DNA of 64,000 nucleotides from an uncultured archaeon (GTDB taxonomy: Archaea; Asgardarchaeota; Thorarchaeia; Thorarchaeales; Thorarchaeaceae): positions 1,561-65,560 of the forward strand of contig CAYYQL010000012.1 of the NCBI GenBank assembly GCA_964473825.1, in the 5' to 3' direction. The translations under genes were made by a program, and so were the position numbers. Below are positions 40,638 to 50,049 of this stretch, piece by piece. The first letter of the stretch is position 1. Each line of letters opens with the position of its first letter. Below the pieces are notes generated by a model. It was not told where the DNA came from and did not search any database. It saw nothing but the letters and a program-made list of their open reading frames with translations.

Positions 40638-41516
40638 CTACTTCCCTTTGCAGCAGGTATTCAGAGCAAAGACCAAGAGGGAAGTCAGTTCAGGATGGCT
40701 CTTCTTCGTTCCCGGATTGATCCAACCACCGTCTTTATTCTGGCTCTGTATGACGAGCTCAAAGCCCTTGTCAACCACCTCCTGCTCCATCTCTGACTGG
40801 ACTGTATCAACTGCAGAGAGGTCAACTATATCGTAGGTAGACCCGCTCTCAACTGAAGTCTTGAGATGATGGAATAGAGCAGCCCGAGCATTTTGGTAGA
40901 CCTTGTGGTCCTTACTGACACCCATCTCTGTCAGCCCAGCAATGATATTCCCTGTCGCCAGAGGGTCAGACTCGTTCTGGTCCATAAAATCCGGCCAGTG
41001 ACCATCTTCGTTTTGCGAGTACATGAGGAAATCTCGTGCCTTCCGCAGACGATGCTCCTCTTCATAACCCACACGACACAGGGCCTCTAGGGCCTTTCCA
41101 GTTAGCCAGGTGATGCTCTTACCGACAGGGTACCATTCAACTCCTCCAGCAGAGGCGTATCTGTCTTGAATCATGGGCTTTAAGTTGAGAGTCTCTGCAA
41201 ACCCCCCATCTTTCTTCTGTCGAGAAATTAGGAATGTTATCATAGGTTCGATAATCTCCGAGCACTCATCATACCTCATGATGAGAGGGAGAATCTCCGC
41301 AGTCTTCTTTACCGAACTAGGATTTCCCTTCTGCAAAGCAAAGGGCACCCCGCCATCAGGGTTCACTAGGTCTTTCAGATCGGCCAATGCATCCGATAGG
41401 CGATTCTCAGGGATGTCAAGACCCGCGTTGGCCACTCTCAGAATATCAAGAACGTCGCCCTCCTTTAGAATGAAGGGAACTACATCGTAATGAAAGTCAA
41501 CTTCTCTCTTTTTCAA
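40638..41516 (-). CDS. prenyltransferase / terpene-cyclase-like alpha-alpha toroid repeat protein
   Basis: Three QxxDGG(F/W) repeats (QKKDGGF, QNEDGHW, QNKDGGW) diagnostic of the squalene-cyclase/prenyltransferase beta-subunit fold. No signal peptide. Confidence 0.65.
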   Translation of the reverse strand: MKKREVDFHYDVVPFILKEGDVLDILRVANAGLDIPENRLSDALADLKDLVNPDGGVPFALQKGNPSSVKKTAEILPLIMRYDECSEIIEPMITFLISRQKKDGGFAETLNLKPMIQDRYASAGGVEWYPVGKSITWLTGKALEALCRVGYEEEHRLRKARDFLMYSQNEDGHWPDFMDQNESDPLATGNIIAGLTEMGVSKDHKVYQNARAALFHHLKTSVESGSTYDIVDLSAVDTVQSEMEQEVVDKGFELVIQSQNKDGGWINPGTKKSHPELTSLLVFALNTCCKGK

Positions 41517-41647
41517 GGGTATGCCTCCTTGGCCTCCTCGTAGCTCAGTACTGCAAGGAAGCCGTCTAGAACTAGGGCAATGGAACAGTCATCATTCGCA
41601 TCGACACGATATATTCGTCTAAATACGAACTTAAAGGTTCCTTAGAG

Positions 41648-41914
41648 TTATTCTGATTCATCGGCATCGAAGAACTCAAGAATGGCCTTCCGACGCTCTC
41701 TTCGTTCGTCCTCAGAGACCTCTTCATTTCTCTGTGAGTCCTCCTCTACGACCACAATCTTCTCCTTTGGTGAGTGTTTGATTCTGTACTCCACAGTGTA
41801 CTTGGGCGACTTGCCAATCTTCTTCTCATGCCCACACTCTCTACACTTCAAGATGGGCTTTCCATCCTTCTTCTCAGGAATCATCAAAGTACCACACTTG
41901 TCGCAGAACTCCAT
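41648..41914 (-). CDS. zinc-ribbon protein related to the TFS/RpoM (Rpb9) N-terminal ribbon, with acidic tail
   Basis: MEFCDKCGTLMIP...LKCRECGHE is a CxxC-x15-CxxC ribbon like the N-terminal domain of archaeal TFS/RpoM. The C-terminal TFIIS-type ribbon is absent and replaced by an E/R-rich tail. Confidence 0.5.
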   Translation of the reverse strand: MEFCDKCGTLMIPEKKDGKPILKCRECGHEKKIGKSPKYTVEYRIKHSPKEKIVVVEEDSQRNEEVSEDERRERRKAILEFFDADESE

Positions 41915-42105
41915 CTTATGTCACCCCTGAATTTGATAGCCTCGGTGTTCGCGCCACATCTCAATTTAAGTCTGACGTTCGTCGTTCCCGGAAATGATAA
42001 CCTCACGTTAGTTTCCAAAGAAAGACTTATGACGTTGCCGTATTTCTGCGCCGCTATGCTGCCATTGTCTAAGAATGGATTGTCCTACTCAATGGAGGAA
42101 ATGAA

Positions 42106-43437
42106 ATGGTGAATGTCCTTCCTTTCAAGGCTTATCGATACAACGAGAAGAAAGCCGGAGACCTCGCGAATCTCTTCTCACCGCCCTACGACATAATCAA
42201 GGGAGAGATGGTGGACGAGCTCCAAGGGCTCTCAGAATACAACATCTCACGGATAATAAAGAACAAAGCAGGCAAAGAAGATACTGATGAGGAGAACCAA
42301 TACACCAGAGCGGGAAGGCTTCTTGAAAAATGGGTCGAGAACGGAGTGTTGGTTCAGGATAACCGAGATGCATTCTATATCTACGGACAGAACTTCGAGG
42401 TTCACGGCGAGATGATGTTCCGTTTCGGATTCATTGGACTGATCGAGCTCGAAGAGTTCGCAACAGAAGCTCCTGAAGATGGAGAGTTCGCTGGTGTCCT
42501 TCAGCATGAAGAAACGCTTCCGAAAGACATCCAAGACAGACTGAACCTCTCTCGAGCGACAATGGCCCAGTTCGGCCAGATTTTCGTGATATATCCTGAT
42601 CATGAACGAGTGGTTGACAAAATACTTGAGAAGCATATGAAAGAACGGCCAATTGCTGATGTCAAAGATAGAGAGGGAGTCCGCCATCGAATATGGAAGA
42701 TAACGGATGACGAAGACAAGCAGCATATTACAGACCACATGTCTGACAAGTACGTCATCATCGCAGACGGCCATCATCGATACAAGACTGCACTTGCACT
42801 ATCAAAGGAAAACCCAGAACTTGAGAGTGCCAAGTACCGTATGTTGACCTTTGTCAACATCCAGAATCCGGGGCTTGTTGTTCTACCGACTCACAGATTG
42901 GTCCAGAATCTTGAGAATTTCGATGAAACGAGAATCCTTGAGGGTATTAGAGAACATTTCGAGGTCCACGAATTCAAAGAGAAGGAACCCATGTTTCGGT
43001 TGATGGACGAACGCTTTGAGAACGGACAGCATGCATTTGGACTTTTCATGAATGATGGCAAGTACTACGCTCTGACTCTCAAGGACTCCAGCATCATGGA
43101 CAAGATACTTCCCGACAAGTCAGAGGAACTAAGGAGGTTGGATGTGTCCATCCTGCATTCATTGCTTCTCGATAGAGTCTTCGGCATCGACAGGCAGAAG
43201 CTTCTCGAGGGGACCATGAGTGGAGGAGGTTATGTGGTCTACATCAAGGGCATCGGCGATGCAGTCAAAGACTCAATTCGTTCGGTCAGAAGTGAGGCAC
43301 AAGCTGTTCTCTTCATGAACCCGACGCGCGTAGAAGAGGTTGAAGCTGTGGCAAACAACTTCGAATGCATGCCACAGAAGAGCACCTTTTTCTACCCGAA
43401 GGTCCACACTGGTTTCACAATCAACAAGCTCAGATGA
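42106..43437 (+). CDS. DUF1015 family protein
   Basis: N-terminal VLPFKAYRYN matches the conserved DUF1015 start (PF..RY). Size of about 440 aa. Immediately upstream of serC. Confidence 0.7.
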   Translation: MVNVLPFKAYRYNEKKAGDLANLFSPPYDIIKGEMVDELQGLSEYNISRIIKNKAGKEDTDEENQYTRAGRLLEKWVENGVLVQDNRDAFYIYGQNFEVHGEMMFRFGFIGLIELEEFATEAPEDGEFAGVLQHEETLPKDIQDRLNLSRATMAQFGQIFVIYPDHERVVDKILEKHMKERPIADVKDREGVRHRIWKITDDEDKQHITDHMSDKYVIIADGHHRYKTALALSKENPELESAKYRMLTFVNIQNPGLVVLPTHRLVQNLENFDETRILEGIREHFEVHEFKEKEPMFRLMDERFENGQHAFGLFMNDGKYYALTLKDSSIMDKILPDKSEELRRLDVSILHSLLLDRVFGIDRQKLLEGTMSGGGYVVYIKGIGDAVKDSIRSVRSEAQAVLFMNPTRVEEVEAVANNFECMPQKSTFFYPKVHTGFTINKLR

Positions 43438-43644
43438 ACTGATATCCACGCAGTCATCGAGAAGGCCGGGATAGAGCACCAATGGCCTGTCCCAGTTCCT
43501 CCACTGACACGCAACCATCTGTGCGTTCACTCATCGATGTCCTTATTATGAGGGTGAACCAGTCGCGGACACGTAGTCTTGAAGGCACATAGAGTCTTCA
43601 CACTAGGACTGCAGAGTGTTTAGAAAAGGAATTTGGTGTTACTC

Positions 43645-44730
43645 ATGGTAGAACGAGTGTATAATTTCTATCCGGGCCCAGCTACTCTTCCGCTCCCTGC
43701 ATTGAAGAGAGCCAAAGAAGAGCTTCTGAACTGGGAAGAAACTGGAATGTCAATACTGGAAATCTCTCACAGATCCAAACAATACGATGAACTCCACAAT
43801 GAGTCCATAGCGCTTGTCCGAGATCTGATGGGAGTCCCCGATAATTACAGGATTCTGTGGCTTCAGGGAGGAGCTTCAAGCCAGTTCTTCATGATACCTC
43901 AGAATCTCCAATTGCCAGGCAGACCGATGGAATACGCGGACACAGGTCGGTGGTCTGACAAGGCGATAAAAGAGGCGAAGCTCTATGGAGATGTCAAAGT
44001 TGTTGCCTCATCCGCTCAGGACGAGTACAAATATGTCCCACGAGACGTCAAGTTCGGCTCAGAAGCTGCATTTGCACATATCACTAGCAACAACACAGTG
44101 AACGGCACTCAGTGGCACTATTGGCCCGAGGTTCCCGACGAGGTACCATTGACATGCGATATGTCTTCAGACATCCTATCTCGAAAGCTTGATGTGGAGG
44201 ACTTCGGCGTTATCTATGCAGGTATCCAGAAGAACATCGGACCGGCTGGGGCGACTCTCGTCATCATTCGAGAAGACCTCCTAGATCGGGTGCCAGAGAA
44301 TACTCCAACACTTCTGAAATGGAAGACAGAGGCGGCTAAGAACTCACTTTACCATACGCCGCCGGTATTTTCAATCTACATGGCCAAGCTGGTTATGGAT
44401 CACTATAAGGAGATTGGCGGAGTTCCAGAACTGGAGAGAAGAGCTAAGGAGAGAGCAAAATACATCTATGACGTAATAGATGACTCCAATGGGTTCTACA
44501 CGGGGCATGCGCGGAAAGATTCGCGCTCTTTGATGAATGTCACATTCAACCTTCCGACAGAAGAACTAGAGAAGAAATGTGTGGAAGAAGCCACACAGAA
44601 GGACTTCATTGGACTCAAGGGACACCGTTCAGTCGGCGGAATGAGAATCTCACTCTACAATGCTGCGAGCCTAGAGGGAACGAAGGAGCTCGCCGAATTC
44701 ATGAAGGAGTTCCAAGACAAGAATCAGTAA
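43645..44730 (+). CDS. serC: phosphoserine aminotransferase
   Basis: VYNFYPGPATLP N-terminus, PLP-binding region and overall class-V aminotransferase pattern. An in-frame upstream ATG at 43633 is an alternative start. Confidence 0.88.
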   Translation: MVERVYNFYPGPATLPLPALKRAKEELLNWEETGMSILEISHRSKQYDELHNESIALVRDLMGVPDNYRILWLQGGASSQFFMIPQNLQLPGRPMEYADTGRWSDKAIKEAKLYGDVKVVASSAQDEYKYVPRDVKFGSEAAFAHITSNNTVNGTQWHYWPEVPDEVPLTCDMSSDILSRKLDVEDFGVIYAGIQKNIGPAGATLVIIREDLLDRVPENTPTLLKWKTEAAKNSLYHTPPVFSIYMAKLVMDHYKEIGGVPELERRAKERAKYIYDVIDDSNGFYTGHARKDSRSLMNVTFNLPTEELEKKCVEEATQKDFIGLKGHRSVGGMRISLYNAASLEGTKELAEFMKEFQDKNQ

Positions 44731-44798
44731 TAGGCAGTAAGAGGGGGTTAGGCCCCTTCTTCCTTTCTTCATCTCGTGAGATGTATCCATTCCGTAGT

Positions 44799-45176
44799 CT
44801 ATGTTGCTCTTCGCTTTCTTAGGAACTCCGCAACGGCGTCCTCAAGCAAATCCTGCATGTCATCCATGAGTTCTTTGGCGATGACTCCGCGATAGGTCCG
44901 CTGCATCATAGATCCATCAACGGTTACGTCAAGATTCCGCATACCTCTGTCCTCGAAGAAAGCCTTGAGTGTGGATGCGATTGGAATCAAGACGCCGCCA
45001 GGCAGCTTGCTTGCGAGCAACTCCTCACAGCAGGAGCAATCTAGGAAGAGGATGGTATTCTCACCGTCCACATAAACCTCAACAGGAATCTTCTTGCCAG
45101 AACCAAGGACTCTATTGAGGGTTCCTCCTTCCAGTTTAAGGTCGAATGTGCCGAGTTGCTTCATTTTCAAGGACAC
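44799..45176 (-). CDS. hypothetical small protein (125 aa) downstream of an S8 subtilase
   Basis: Co-directional with the S8 gene and about 100 bp downstream of it. Contains the CSCCEE Cys cluster. No family assigned. Confidence 0.4.
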   Translation of the reverse strand: MSLKMKQLGTFDLKLEGGTLNRVLGSGKKIPVEVYVDGENTILFLDCSCCEELLASKLPGGVLIPIASTLKAFFEDRGMRNLDVTVDGSMMQRTYRGVIAKELMDDMQDLLEDAVAEFLRKRRAT

Positions 45177-45275
45177 TCACGTTTCTATCCAGTTCTTGAT
45201 GGGAATAAGTCTTGCTCATATAAGAGCATCTAAGCAGTATCTGCATAAGAGGGCAGTGAGATCAGTTGATGCAAG

Positions 45276-48200
45276 CTAGTTCCGCCTTCTATTGTAAAGA
45301 GCTGCCAGTATTATGAGTCCCAGTATAGATGCCAACATCAGCGCCAAGATGAGGTACTCAGGATCTCCAGGGGTTGTGGTCGTTGTGCTGGTCGCTGTTG
45401 AAGTTGTGGTCGTCGTTGTGGTCGTCGTTGTGGTTTCTGACTGCACGGTATAGGAATAATCGGAAGAGACCGCCCAGTTGCCGATTGTATCCTGAGCATA
45501 GATGCGGTATATGACCTCAGTGCCTCCTGGGAGACCCGGTATGATTGCAGAGTAGTCGTTGTTCGATCCGCTCATGGTTAGATTGATCCAAGCTGTTCCA
45601 TTATAATAAGAAAGGACGACCATGTTGACAGCCGTATCATCAGTAACCGTCACAGTGATGTTGACCTCTTGATAAGCAACGGGACTACCGGGGTCACCCG
45701 ATGGTGTACCGATAATAGGCGGATTCTGCTCAGCCGCAACTGTTGTGTATTCAAAACTCTGGGAGGTGTTCATGTTTCCTGCTGTGTCATTGGCGGTGAT
45801 GCGATACTCGACAGTTGTGGCGAGTGGCTGACCGGGTATTACACCTGAATACACACTACCGTCTAGTGCCATCAGAGTCTCCGTGAATGAAACCCATCCA
45901 TCCAGTGTCCAGTTCAAAATGACTTTGTCTACACCTGATGAGCCTGTGGGTTCAATCACGTCAATAGTGATGAGAACATCATGATTCTCTGCGGGGGTTG
46001 TGGCGTTTCTCCAGTGGTCCTCAAGTTGGGGAGGAATGGAGTCCCCCACATTGAAGGTGGCAACTGTGGTTTCAACATCATTGCCTGCAGTGTCATTAGC
46101 ATAGACTGAGAAACTGACACTATCCCCGTAATCAAACGAACCGATGAGTGTGCTGTAGTTACCACTCGGTTGCTGCTCCATGAGAAGAAATGTCGGATCA
46201 GACCATCCACCTACTTCATACTTGCAGAACACCGAGTCGATGGCCGCATTGTCAGTCACATTCGCTTCAATCTGCACCATCTCGCCGTAGTCAACATCAG
46301 TGGGAGAGCGGCCTACAGACAGAACTGTCGGAGATGTGGTGTCAATGAACGCGACAGCGGCGAAGACGTCAAGTTTGCCGTGGCCCCAGACATTGTTTGG
46401 TGTGTCGCCGGTGTAGCTATCATTCCGACCTGTTGATCTGATAATACTGTGCACCTGTGTCCCGAGTGAAGGGTCGAGCTGAAGCATCAATGCCGCGCAG
46501 CCAGCTACATGTGGCCCAGATGCCGAGGTGCCACTGAATAGCCTGTAGCTTCCGAACTGGCGGTCAAACGGCAGTTGCCCATACGCATTGTACCATGTAG
46601 CCCAGCTGGAGGCATTGGTGTAGTCTGAGATGATGTCGTATCCTCCAGGAGCAGCAATACCCTGTTTCGATATCTCGTCGATTCTTGGTCCTCTCGATGA
46701 GAAACTGGCAATATCACCAACTACACCGCCGCTTACGAGGTTTCTCGTCCTGTAACTTGCCACACTGAGCGCCGAGTCCGCGGTAGAAGGCCACGTGATG
46801 TGATAATCGTTGGAAATGTCACTGATCCAAACTGCGCCGCCTGTCCAAGACGTCTTATCATCAGATATGAAGCCATGAAAGGTGGTATTAGCTGGAGTAG
46901 TCACATTTAGCTGATGCCACGGAGGCGCGTTGCCGGACCCCGTTGTCGGCAGTGTCCCCTTTATCCATATGGCAAGCATCTGTGTAGATCTATCTGAAAC
47001 CGACACAAAAGAATCGATACTGAAAGGGTATCCTACAACATTGTCTGTGTTCCAGCTCCAATATCCAACACCCGGGTGGAGGTAGACGATGAACTGGAGA
47101 GGACCACCCAAAGACTGTAGATTGAAGATCAAGCTGAAGTTGCAATTCTGAAAGTCAGTAGAGTTTACTGAGAGTACGGTCATGTAGACTGACTCTATCT
47201 CCTGATTCAGATACGGATCATCGCTTGGAAAGGGGATTGAGAAATCCACTTGCTTAGCAACATTGGCAGATGTGTTGAACAGACTGTGCTTGTCCTTTCC
47301 ACCCAGATTCCCACTGGGAGAGATGACCGGGATTCCGTCGGCAACGATTGTGTCAATGAGAGTTTCAGAGGCCGAACTCCCATCCAAATACTCATAGGTC
47401 CAAGAACCAATCTCGGTGAGAATGGCATCAGCACCGTGATTATAGGCATATGTCAGTCCCTCTTCGACTGTCAGTGATGTGCCCTGAGAACCTAGGACTT
47501 TGATCATCATCAATTCAGCTCGGGGTGCTACGCCCACATATTTTCTGAAACCTAGCTGTCCGCCAAGAAGAATGCCTGCAACAGCCGTGCCATGGCCATC
47601 TGTATCCTCATGAGTACTCTGTCTAAGATTTACCCCCCTCTCCCAGACCTGAGTATTATCGGAACCATCCTGCTCCACGATGTACCTCGTCTTTGGAGTC
47701 GTAAGCATCAGCAGTTTTTCACCCACATCAAGCCGATCATTGTTGTTGGTGTCATTGACAACGAAAAACGGTTCTCCGATCTGGGGGACTCCATCAGCTG
47801 TCACATTGTCAACCCATGTCCAATCGGTTGTGGCATTGAAAGTGCCATCACCATCCAGATCCAGATAGTAGAGAACCTCATCAGCATCAGGAGATAAATC
47901 ATTGTTCAGATCTATGTAGTCAGTCCCATTGGTTGGCTCATTATCGGAGTTGTCATCAATCCAGTCATATTCGGTTTCTCCGGGGAACCAGAGGTCTGGA
48001 TGAGTCCAGTCAACTCCGGAGTCCAAATCAGCCACCAAAATGCCTTTGCCAGTAGCATTCTTACCGAGCTTATCGATGATATTCCATGCCTCGTCAGCAT
48101 TGATCTCTGGGATAGAGAGATCACGGGTTGCATGAAGGTATCTACTCGGCGTCTGGGGCTTGACAGCCGTTATCACGCCCAGATTCATGACACTTTCAAT

Positions 48201-48503
48201 ACTCTCCACAGGCCCCTCTAGCAGATAGTAATCCCCGACACGGCTGGATTCAGGGCTTCCTAAACCGAAGGTCACTCCAGCCATCTCGAGCTCATAGCGT
48301 ATTGTTGGGGTCAGCGGAGCTGTGAACTGTGCGATGATGGGAAGCAGCCCGCCAAACTCGTCTGCAATGCGATGGAAATCCAACGAACTCTCCTTGGGAG
48401 ATGTATTGATTTGCCCACCTGCGACGGCATTACTGTCACCAAGTAACACAGGAAATGATGCCAGCAGAATCAGGAACAACATGAATGTAACGGCTCTCTT
48501 CAA
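45276..48503 (-). CDS. S8 subtilase (1075 aa) with poly-Thr stalk and C-terminal TM anchor
   Basis: Signal peptide MKRAVTFMLFLILLASFPVLLG. Asp (VADLDSGVDWTHPDL), His (HGTAVAGILLGG), Ser (GTSASGPHVAGCAALM). C-terminal ETTTTTTTTTTTSTATSTTTTTPGDPEY then LILALMLASILGLIILAAL then YNRRRN. Confidence 0.88.
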   Translation of the reverse strand: MKRAVTFMLFLILLASFPVLLGDSNAVAGGQINTSPKESSLDFHRIADEFGGLLPIIAQFTAPLTPTIRYELEMAGVTFGLGSPESSRVGDYYLLEGPVESIESVMNLGVITAVKPQTPSRYLHATRDLSIPEINADEAWNIIDKLGKNATGKGILVADLDSGVDWTHPDLWFPGETEYDWIDDNSDNEPTNGTDYIDLNNDLSPDADEVLYYLDLDGDGTFNATTDWTWVDNVTADGVPQIGEPFFVVNDTNNNDRLDVGEKLLMLTTPKTRYIVEQDGSDNTQVWERGVNLRQSTHEDTDGHGTAVAGILLGGQLGFRKYVGVAPRAELMMIKVLGSQGTSLTVEEGLTYAYNHGADAILTEIGSWTYEYLDGSSASETLIDTIVADGIPVISPSGNLGGKDKHSLFNTSANVAKQVDFSIPFPSDDPYLNQEIESVYMTVLSVNSTDFQNCNFSLIFNLQSLGGPLQFIVYLHPGVGYWSWNTDNVVGYPFSIDSFVSVSDRSTQMLAIWIKGTLPTTGSGNAPPWHQLNVTTPANTTFHGFISDDKTSWTGGAVWISDISNDYHITWPSTADSALSVASYRTRNLVSGGVVGDIASFSSRGPRIDEISKQGIAAPGGYDIISDYTNASSWATWYNAYGQLPFDRQFGSYRLFSGTSASGPHVAGCAALMLQLDPSLGTQVHSIIRSTGRNDSYTGDTPNNVWGHGKLDVFAAVAFIDTTSPTVLSVGRSPTDVDYGEMVQIEANVTDNAAIDSVFCKYEVGGWSDPTFLLMEQQPSGNYSTLIGSFDYGDSVSFSVYANDTAGNDVETTVATFNVGDSIPPQLEDHWRNATTPAENHDVLITIDVIEPTGSSGVDKVILNWTLDGWVSFTETLMALDGSVYSGVIPGQPLATTVEYRITANDTAGNMNTSQSFEYTTVAAEQNPPIIGTPSGDPGSPVAYQEVNITVTVTDDTAVNMVVLSYYNGTAWINLTMSGSNNDYSAIIPGLPGGTEVIYRIYAQDTIGNWAVSSDYSYTVQSETTTTTTTTTTTSTATSTTTTTPGDPEYLILALMLASILGLIILAALYNRRRN
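45358..45430. repeat. tandem nucleotide repeat encoding the Thr stalk of the fourth S8 gene
   Basis: Recurring ggtcgtcgttgtggtcgtcgttgtgg units on the plus strand, read as ACN codons on the minus strand. Confidence 0.7.
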
Positions 48504-48719
48504 TCGAAGTATCTCCTTCGAAACAACTCTCTATTGTGACGGCGCGGTCACCGTATGGGCTTGGAATACCCCACGATTGCTCTTTAATCTATTCAAGATT
48601 GCGCCGAGGACATTTCGGTCCTTGTGTTTTGCCTACAAACCATGCGTACGCAATACACAATGTCTTTTAGCACAACCTTGGCTAACCTCTGACATAGGTC
48701 TGACTTCATCCACGAGGTC

Positions 48720-49211
48720 ATGGAATTGAACAACAAAGCTCGCGAAGATGCATCATCTCCGAAATCAGAAGAGAATTCGGAGATGTCTCTTGAGGAGGTG
48801 CAGGACCGCTTGGATGAGATTTCCTCACGACTTGCTCGAGTCGAGAGGCTGATCGAGCGAATCGGACCTGGAATTGAAGAGGTCAGCGAATCAGCCAAGG
48901 TGATCCGGGAAGGATTTGAGTTCTACGATGGAATGGTCAAACTCATGTCCAAATTCACAAAGGCGGAGAGACTTGAGTCGCGATTCGGTGACCTGAAGAA
49001 GGATGATATCAGCTGGGCAATAGTCAAGACCCTAGACACCAGTCGTCCGATGAACATCAGCCAACTGACTTCATCTGTTCGAAGCGAAAGGGGTACGGCC
49101 TCAAGAAGGATTGTCAGGGAACGTGTGAATGAGCTAGTAGAACGGGGAATACTCGTCGTCGTCGAGGATGAGGACGACCGAGCTCGATATTTCACCTTAT
49201 CGAAGAGATGA
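48720..49211 (+). CDS. putative transcriptional regulator (N-terminal coiled coil plus C-terminal winged helix)
   Basis: C-terminal NISQLTSSV...RRIVRERVNELVERGILVV wHTH-like segment. Divergent from the S8 gene across a 216-bp intergenic region. Confidence 0.45.
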   Translation: MELNNKAREDASSPKSEENSEMSLEEVQDRLDEISSRLARVERLIERIGPGIEEVSESAKVIREGFEFYDGMVKLMSKFTKAERLESRFGDLKKDDISWAIVKTLDTSRPMNISQLTSSVRSERGTASRRIVRERVNELVERGILVVVEDEDDRARYFTLSKR

Positions 49212-49331
49212 CACATGGGAAACCTGAATCCACCATGTTGCTGACTCTGGACCAAGATGGAAACGTAAACATCAGGATTTTGGTCACTTCTGCCCACCAG
49301 CTCTATATTCAGTGACCATGCATACTTCTAC

Positions 49332-49682
49332 GTGGTGAATGATTTGAGTAATGAAGAAACACCCAAGAAACGTAGCTCACATGTCGAAGACGCAGAAGAG
49401 ATTCGCGAAATATTCGGCGCGCTGAACGAGGCAATTCCAAAACTAATTTCCGGACTGATTGGCAGCCTATACAGTCCAGAGTCTGCTGGCAACGTAGCAA
49501 CAGCAATCGGACGCTTCTATTCCAAGCTCATAGAAGAGGGTATACCGAAAGAAGTGGCTCTCAAGATGACGGAGAACTACGTAAGTGCACTAGATTTCCA
49601 GAAGATCATGAGTATTGCCTCGGATGAGGCCAAAGGTGGCCGCAATATCCACATCGAAATAGACGAGGATGAAGAGGACTAG
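49332..49682 (+). CDS. hypothetical acidic protein (116 aa)
   Basis: ORF only. Acidic C-terminus. Confidence 0.35.
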   Translation: MVNDLSNEETPKKRSSHVEDAEEIREIFGALNEAIPKLISGLIGSLYSPESAGNVATAIGRFYSKLIEEGIPKEVALKMTENYVSALDFQKIMSIASDEAKGGRNIHIEIDEDEED

Positions 49683-49684
49683 GC

Positions 49685-49927
49685 ATGGTGGCACGTTTGA
49701 TCTGGGACGCAGTATCCGGTGGTACAAAACTGTTTGTCAGGTCGTACTGGGCCATCAGGCGCGCAAGGGGTCAAGTAAAGAAGAGCAGAAAGGCCTTCGA
49801 GAAACTGCTGACTCAAGCAGGAATCCCTGAAGACGCAGCTGAGAGGCTAGCAGATACCTATGCCTCACCTGCTCTTGAGGTGTTATCCGTCAGGAAGATG
49901 ATGGAACTAGCACGCGAGTTCGACTGA
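49685..49927 (+). CDS. hypothetical protein (80 aa)
   Basis: Begins 3 nt after the previous stop. Basic N-terminus. Confidence 0.3.
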   Translation: MVARLIWDAVSGGTKLFVRSYWAIRRARGQVKKSRKAFEKLLTQAGIPEDAAERLADTYASPALEVLSVRKMMELAREFD

Positions 49928-50049
49928 CAGCAAGATAGATAGAGGAATGCCGAGAGCTCCTCTATCTTCCATTTCAACGTCTGTGCGAAGCTTTAACTTC
50001 TTTCTTCTTCAGTGAAAATTGACACTTCAACTCAATAGAGGAGAGAGAG

